From Chloroflexota bacterium (lineage in GTDB: Bacteria > Chloroflexota > UBA11872 > VXOZ01), in contig OZ244814.1 of the NCBI GenBank assembly GCA_965220175.1, positions 2,439,045-2,503,044 of the forward strand: 64,000 nt of DNA, in the 5' to 3' direction. The notes beneath the pieces were generated by a model. That model was not told the origin of the DNA and did no database searches. It saw nothing but the letters and a program-made list of their open reading frames with translations. This document shows, piece by piece, positions 59,426 through 64,000 of this stretch; positions within the stretch are counted from its first letter, which is position 1, and each line of letters starts with the position of its first letter. The position numbers and the translations under genes were made by a program.

Positions 59426-59672
59426 TGTCTGGCGGTACTCTCTTAGTAAATCTGGAGGATGCCGGCAAGTTTGGGCGTATGTGGCTAGAGCGGCAAAGAG
59501 AAGCCTAGAGAATTGTCATGCGAGTCGGCCGTGCTTCTTACCCTTGCACCGAAGTGTAGCCACAATTCACGCGGTACTGCCTTTCACCGCGGGGCCGTCT
59601 CCAATTATACCGCGTTCCGTAGCTTGCAGCATCGGTCAAATCGGAACGGTGCATTTCGCCTGAGCACGTGTC

Positions 59673-60434
59673 CTATCCGCCCAAACTGTGAAACAAAGCG
59701 CGATAGTACTGCAGAAGTTCCTCAGAATCAGACGAGGCCTGGATTTCCGCGCAGAGCCACCCTGCATATTTGTCTTCCTGCAAGAGCCCGAACAACTCCC
59801 GGTACGGATAGTCACTGTAGAGTCGGTTTATGTGAACGTGTCGGATTTCGTCCCGAACGAGCGCATAGCTGTTGGCGATTGAGCCCGCTTCCACTTCCTG
59901 AGGATTGGAATTCCAGCAGACAAAAACACTGGAGGTGTCAGTATTGTCCATGATCCGGCGAATGTTCGGCGGCTCCGCCGTGTCGCGGCCATGCATCTCC
60001 AGCCATACCTCGACGTTGAGATCTCGGGCGGCTGACCCCACTGCACTGAGTGCCTTGCCAATCTGTTCAAGGGTCTCGTCCCGCGGCACTCCGGCCTCCA
60101 CCTGCAGGCCGTTTGGACGCACTTTGATGCCGGCAGCGCCCAGATCGTGAGCAAGCTGCGCAAATTCCTTTGCGGTCTCGATGTTCTCCGTCACTGTCTC
60201 GCTTTCGAGCGCATGAAACTCACATGTCGTCCCCAGACCGATGATTGTGACCGGTGAATCCGCAAATCGCGACCTGATTTCACGGCGCTCCTGCGTTGAG
60301 AGAGTTGGCTCGACGCCGTGTGCGTGGGTGGTTCGGAGTTCTATCCCATATATTTCAGCCGCTTCACAGTTTGCGAGAATTGCGGGTATGTCCCAATCCG
60401 CCGCGATGTTGTAGGTCACAATTCCAAGTCGCAT
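59673..60434 (-). CDS. Sugar phosphate isomerase/epimerase (xylose-isomerase-like TIM barrel)
   Basis: 253 aa with an AP-endo-2-like TIM barrel and conserved acidic/His positions. It diverges from the EPS locus. Confidence 0.7.
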   Translation of the reverse strand: MRLGIVTYNIAADWDIPAILANCEAAEIYGIELRTTHAHGVEPTLSTQERREIRSRFADSPVTIIGLGTTCEFHALESETVTENIETAKEFAQLAHDLGAAGIKVRPNGLQVEAGVPRDETLEQIGKALSAVGSAARDLNVEVWLEMHGRDTAEPPNIRRIMDNTDTSSVFVCWNSNPQEVEAGSIANSYALVRDEIRHVHINRLYSDYPYRELFGLLQEDKYAGWLCAEIQASSDSEELLQYYRALFHSLGG

Positions 60435-60578
60435 GGCGCAATTGCTTCTCCTTGAGTGGCGCGAATACCTAGAGTACCCATGCTAGCACGAACAATAAGA
60501 GGGAGACAGTCCGCGATTCTCACACAATTCGGCGAGCCGTCTGTCCCTTGTAGGGGGTCCCGCCCACTGATCTAGAAT

Positions 60579-60600
60579 GTCTCAATCTGCAGATTGAGAC
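60579..60600. promoter_or_regulatory. Perfect 22-bp palindrome GTCTCAATCTGCAGATTGAGAC in a divergent intergenic region; candidate operator
   Basis: The exact inverted repeat is read directly. It lies 145 nt upstream of the minus-strand isomerase start and 220 nt upstream of the GT4 gene. Confidence 0.4.
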
Positions 60601-60821
60601 CGACAAACAGGCTGGTGCCTTTGTCTTGTGCCGAGCTGCGCATGCAAGCTCCGCGCAAGAGTTCGGCGAGAAGGCAGGTTTCGTGTCGCTAGGTGCCCGC
60701 GAATAGGGCGTGTCCGGCAGTACACACTCCTCGACGAGAGCAGGGCGCGCACCCGAGCGTTACAATGATAGTTGAGCACGAAGTCCACCCGATCAGGCGT
60801 GAAGCAGTTCGAGGATAGGCC

Positions 60822-61982
60822 GTGGAAGTCGGGATCAACGCCCTGAAGCTCTATGCCTCTCAAGACTATCGCAACGCCGGGATCAGCAACTACGTCCGAC
60901 AGTTGACAACGCATCTCCTCAATGGTGACGAGAGTAATCACTACACGCTCTTTACGAACAACCTCATGCCGGAGTGGCACGAGGGTACGCGCCGGGCGCC
61001 TACCATTGTCACCAGCCGGCTCCCCACGGCCCACCCGATACCGCGCATAGCGTGGGAACAGACGGTCTTGGCATGGCACACAGCGCGTGATACACTAGAT
61101 GTACTACACTGTCCGCTCAATGTAATCCCATTGGCGGCAACCTGTCCCACGGTTCTGACGATCCACGATCTTACGTTTCTACGCTATCCTCGGCTCTTTC
61201 CCCGGCTGAAGCAACTGTATCTCCGTCTATTTACCCGAATGTCCGCGCACAGGGCGAGTGCGGTCGTGACCGATTCAGCGAGCACCCGAAACGACGTGGT
61301 GCAGATGTTGGGAGTGCCGCCAGAGCGGGTGCACGTAGTCTATCCCGCAGCCGATGCAGACTTCAGTCCTCGTTCGCACGATGAGCGCAGCGCGTTTCGC
61401 AATTCCAAGGGCTTGACCAGTGGATACATATTGTACGTTGGAACTCTGGAGCCAAGAAAGAACGTGGATGTGCTCATCCGGGCGTTTGGGAGAGTTGTGC
61501 GGGAAAATGCATTGCCCCACAAACTGGTATTGGCAGGTGGAAGGGGTTGGATGACCCAGTCAATCCAAGAGGCCATCGCGGAAGCCGGCATTGGCGAACG
61601 GTTGATCATGCCGGGGTACGTGGAACGTGCGGAATTGCCGCTATGGTATAGTGGTGCTGATCTGTTTGTCTATCCTTCAACGTATGAGGGATTTGGCTAC
61701 CCGGTGTTGGAATCCATGTTTGCCGGGACGCCGGTGATAACCTCGAATTCGTCATCGCTGCCTGAGATAGCCGGCGATGCCGGTCTGCTGGTCCCTCCCC
61801 GTGAGGAGAGCCAACTGGCAGCGGCAATGACGAATATCCTCACTGACGGCAACCTCGCGGCGAGTTTGCGTGCGCAGGGCCTTGAGCGGTCCGCCAGTTT
61901 CTCCTGGTCTAAGTCGGTTCGCACCTGCTTGGATCTGTATCAATCCCTCGGCTCTCACGTGCACTCTGAAGTGAAACAATGA
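60822..61982 (+). CDS. Glycosyltransferase family 4 (GT-B, glycosyl transferase group 1)
   Basis: C-terminal motif EGFGYPVLESMFAGTPVITSNSSSLPEIAGDAG. 386 aa. Confidence 0.85.
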   Translation: MEVGINALKLYASQDYRNAGISNYVRQLTTHLLNGDESNHYTLFTNNLMPEWHEGTRRAPTIVTSRLPTAHPIPRIAWEQTVLAWHTARDTLDVLHCPLNVIPLAATCPTVLTIHDLTFLRYPRLFPRLKQLYLRLFTRMSAHRASAVVTDSASTRNDVVQMLGVPPERVHVVYPAADADFSPRSHDERSAFRNSKGLTSGYILYVGTLEPRKNVDVLIRAFGRVVRENALPHKLVLAGGRGWMTQSIQEAIAEAGIGERLIMPGYVERAELPLWYSGADLFVYPSTYEGFGYPVLESMFAGTPVITSNSSSLPEIAGDAGLLVPPREESQLAAAMTNILTDGNLAASLRAQGLERSASFSWSKSVRTCLDLYQSLGSHVHSEVKQ

Positions 61983-63445
61983 TCTCTACGATGGTCTCCC
62001 CGCCAAGAGTAAAACCACGTCAGCGGCTCACTGCAAAGCTGTTCGTCGCGCTTTTTGACCTATTGCTCGCCGCTCTTGCACTCTATCTCTCCTGGCGGCT
62101 GCGGTACGAAATCGGTATTGGACCGGACTTGACCGAATTCCAATACCTCGGATTCAGCCACTACGTACCCGTGCTCCTGGCACATTTAGCCCTTGTATTT
62201 GTCGCGTTCCAGATTGCCCGCGTCTATCGTCTGCGCAGGTCCACCGGGCTTGTAGAGGAGATAGGTAGAATTCTATTGGGCTCTACGCTCGCGGTCTTCT
62301 TTCTCATCTTCGTCTTCTACATGTCGCGTCCGCCGGGATATGCCGGGTATTCTCGCGGCATGTTTATTCTCCTCTGGATAAACACGCCTCTCATCATCGG
62401 CGCAAGCCGCTTGCTGTTCCGCATTGGGGTGGACGTGCTGCGCCGCCGCGGTCGTCTGCTCGAACAGTTGGTCGTGGTTGGCGGCGGCATGCATGGCAAG
62501 ATGATCATGCAGCAAGTGGTTACCCAGCCGAATCTCGGTTATCGGCTTGTCGGTTTCCTAGATGACGGCCACTACGCACGCGGCGCGCACTTCGGCCGCA
62601 TCAAAGTCCTGGGATCGGTCGACCATCTGGCTGGCGTCGCACAAGCCCACCGTGTAGAGAGCGTGATCATTGCTTTGCCGGCAACGGAGCATCGGCGCAT
62701 CGCCGACGTGATGGATCAATGCAAAGCACAGGGTGTTGGATTTCATCTCATCCCAGACCTCTTTGAGATTCAACTCAACACAGTCGACATCGACTCAATC
62801 GGCGGCATACCCATCATAGGACTGAAGAACGGCGGGATTGTCGGCTGGGACTTCTTCTTGAAGCGTCTTCTTGATATCCTCCTCTCCGCGGCCGTACTCG
62901 TCCTGGGCAGCCCGCTCTACTTGGCGATTGCTCTTGCCATAAAGCTGGAATCGCGGGGTCCCGTACTGTATGCGGCGGAACGGGTGGGCCAGGATAGCAA
63001 GCCCTTCAGGATGGTCAAGTTTCGCTCCATGCGCGAAGACGCGGAGAGACTCAGGTCGGCGCTGGCAGACCACAATCAAGCAGACGGACCCCTGTTCAAG
63101 ATGGCCAATGATCCTCGCCGCACACGCGTGGGCGCCTGGTTGCGGAGGCTCTCGCTTGATGAGTTGCCGCAATTCTGGAATATCCTCCGCGGCGACATGA
63201 GCCTTGTCGGCCCGCGGGCACCCCTCGCTGAAGAGGTCGACCAATACGAGGATTGGCAAAGGAGACGGCTCAGCGTAAAGCCCGGCCTGACCGGATTGTG
63301 GCAGGTGAATGGACGTAGCAACGTCCCATTCGAAGAAATGGTAATGATGGACATCTATTACATCGACAATTGGTCGGTCGGCCTCGATATCAACCTGATC
63401 ATTCGCACCATCCCAGCGGTGCTGCGCCGCGACGGCGCCTATTGA
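61979..63445 (+). CDS. Polyprenyl-phosphate sugar-1-phosphate transferase (WbaP/CpsE-type priming glycosyltransferase)
   Basis: N-terminal TM helices, a central Rossmann-like domain, and the C-terminal bacterial sugar transferase domain (RMVKFRSM, DELPQFWNILRGDMSLVGPR). It overlaps the GT4 stop by 4 nt. Confidence 0.85.
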   Translation: MISTMVSPPRVKPRQRLTAKLFVALFDLLLAALALYLSWRLRYEIGIGPDLTEFQYLGFSHYVPVLLAHLALVFVAFQIARVYRLRRSTGLVEEIGRILLGSTLAVFFLIFVFYMSRPPGYAGYSRGMFILLWINTPLIIGASRLLFRIGVDVLRRRGRLLEQLVVVGGGMHGKMIMQQVVTQPNLGYRLVGFLDDGHYARGAHFGRIKVLGSVDHLAGVAQAHRVESVIIALPATEHRRIADVMDQCKAQGVGFHLIPDLFEIQLNTVDIDSIGGIPIIGLKNGGIVGWDFFLKRLLDILLSAAVLVLGSPLYLAIALAIKLESRGPVLYAAERVGQDSKPFRMVKFRSMREDAERLRSALADHNQADGPLFKMANDPRRTRVGAWLRRLSLDELPQFWNILRGDMSLVGPRAPLAEEVDQYEDWQRRRLSVKPGLTGLWQVNGRSNVPFEEMVMMDIYYIDNWSVGLDINLIIRTIPAVLRRDGAY

Positions 63446-63782
63446 TTGACGCACACAGGTGCACACTGTATTAGGAACAAGCTCCAGCGGCTTACGCTAT
63501 TTGGATCCCATCGCATCCAGGCCAACCTGGAGCAAGTAAATCCCGGCGCGATGATGCGCCGCGAGATGGGCTCCTTGGCAGACTACTACGCCTTGCAGCC
63601 TGTCAAAGTTGTAGGCAAGCTATCAACGATGTCCCGTATCGCTCGCTGGCTTTCCCTGATCCCGGCAATTGAAGTCAGAAACTACCTTGCGGGCCGCGAG
63701 TGGCTCGTTCTCTCAGTGACGTCATCGGTATCCCAATTCTCCGGACTCATCTCCCAGGCGCCAAGGAACCCCACTGACACCA

Positions 63783-64000
63783 ATGCGCATCGCCCTCGTT
63801 CATGACTATCTCAACCAGATGGGAGGAGCTGAAAACGTCCTCCTCACCCTTCACGAAATCTTCCCGGAGGCGCCCATCTACACCTCCATTTACCGGCCTG
63901 AGGCCATGCCTGCGGCGTTTCGTTCGCTCGATATCCGCACGACCTTCTTGCAGAAGCTTGGGCCGCTTACTCGCTACCCCCGACATCAGTGGCTGCTCCC
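63783..64000 (+). CDS. Glycosyltransferase family 4, N-terminal fragment (runs off the window end)
   Basis: The in-frame translation MRIALVHDYLNQMGGAENVLLTLHEIFPEAPIYTSIY matches the canonical GT4 N-terminus. It is absent from the ORF track because no stop falls within the window. Confidence 0.55.
   Translation, partial: MRIALVHDYLNQMGGAENVLLTLHEIFPEAPIYTSIYRPEAMPAAFRSLDIRTTFLQKLGPLTRYPRHQWLL

Noticed and set aside
58866-59663. 265-aa plus-strand ORF
   Set aside because: Composition is Arg/Ser/Pro-rich without motifs. It overlaps the more plausible minus-strand tail-anchored ORF, so I treat it as noise.
63446-63805. 119-aa plus-strand ORF after the WbaP-like gene
   Set aside because: No SD sequence or domain signature, and it runs in a different frame into the genuine GT4 start at 63783. 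Treated as an intergenic spacer.

Overview
High-GC (~60%) bacterial chromosomal segment with Terrabacteria-like features (HspR, MprAB/PepD-like module, 14-subunit-type nuo); I cannot identify the taxon confidently. Both strands are densely coded. Minus strand, in order of transcription (5' to 3'): an OmpR-family response regulator, a histidine kinase and an HtrA protease (MprAB-PepD-like envelope-stress module), then two tandem paralogous membrane proteins. Upstream of that module on the same strand: an M55 D-aminopeptidase, aspS, and a very compact heat-shock super-operon lon-dnaK-grpE-dnaJ-hspR-clpB. A sigma70-like promoter overlapped by a HAIR-like inverted repeat sits upstream of lon. Further upstream on the minus strand are an Amidase_3 cell-wall hydrolase with duplicated LGFP-like C-terminal repeats and a membrane-anchored beta-propeller protein. 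Plus strand 22.4-34.8 kb holds an accessory-looking catabolic cluster: IolE-like TIM barrel, MocA/IolG-family dehydrogenase, two tandem paralogous proteins of unknown family with conserved Cys/His motifs, two amidohydrolase-2 enzymes, a class-III aminotransferase, an isochorismatase-like hydrolase, two orphan Tat-lipoprotein solute-binding proteins, and RidA. This is my best candidate for an undescribed pathway; an aminocyclitol/inosamine-like catabolic function is hypothesized. Downstream come a VanW-like protein, rex with a Rex-box, and a nuo operon ordered nuoABCD-G-HIJKLMN that lacks nuoE and nuoF. After that: tRNA-Arg(CCG), a chloramphenicol-phosphotransferase-like kinase, a MacB/FtsX-type ABC exporter with an AttH-like protein, rarA, and the start of a polysaccharide biosynthesis locus (GT4, WbaP-like priming transferase). 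Several small palindromic or repeat elements and two unusually long noncoding gaps are flagged. No CRISPR array, transposase or integrase was recognised.
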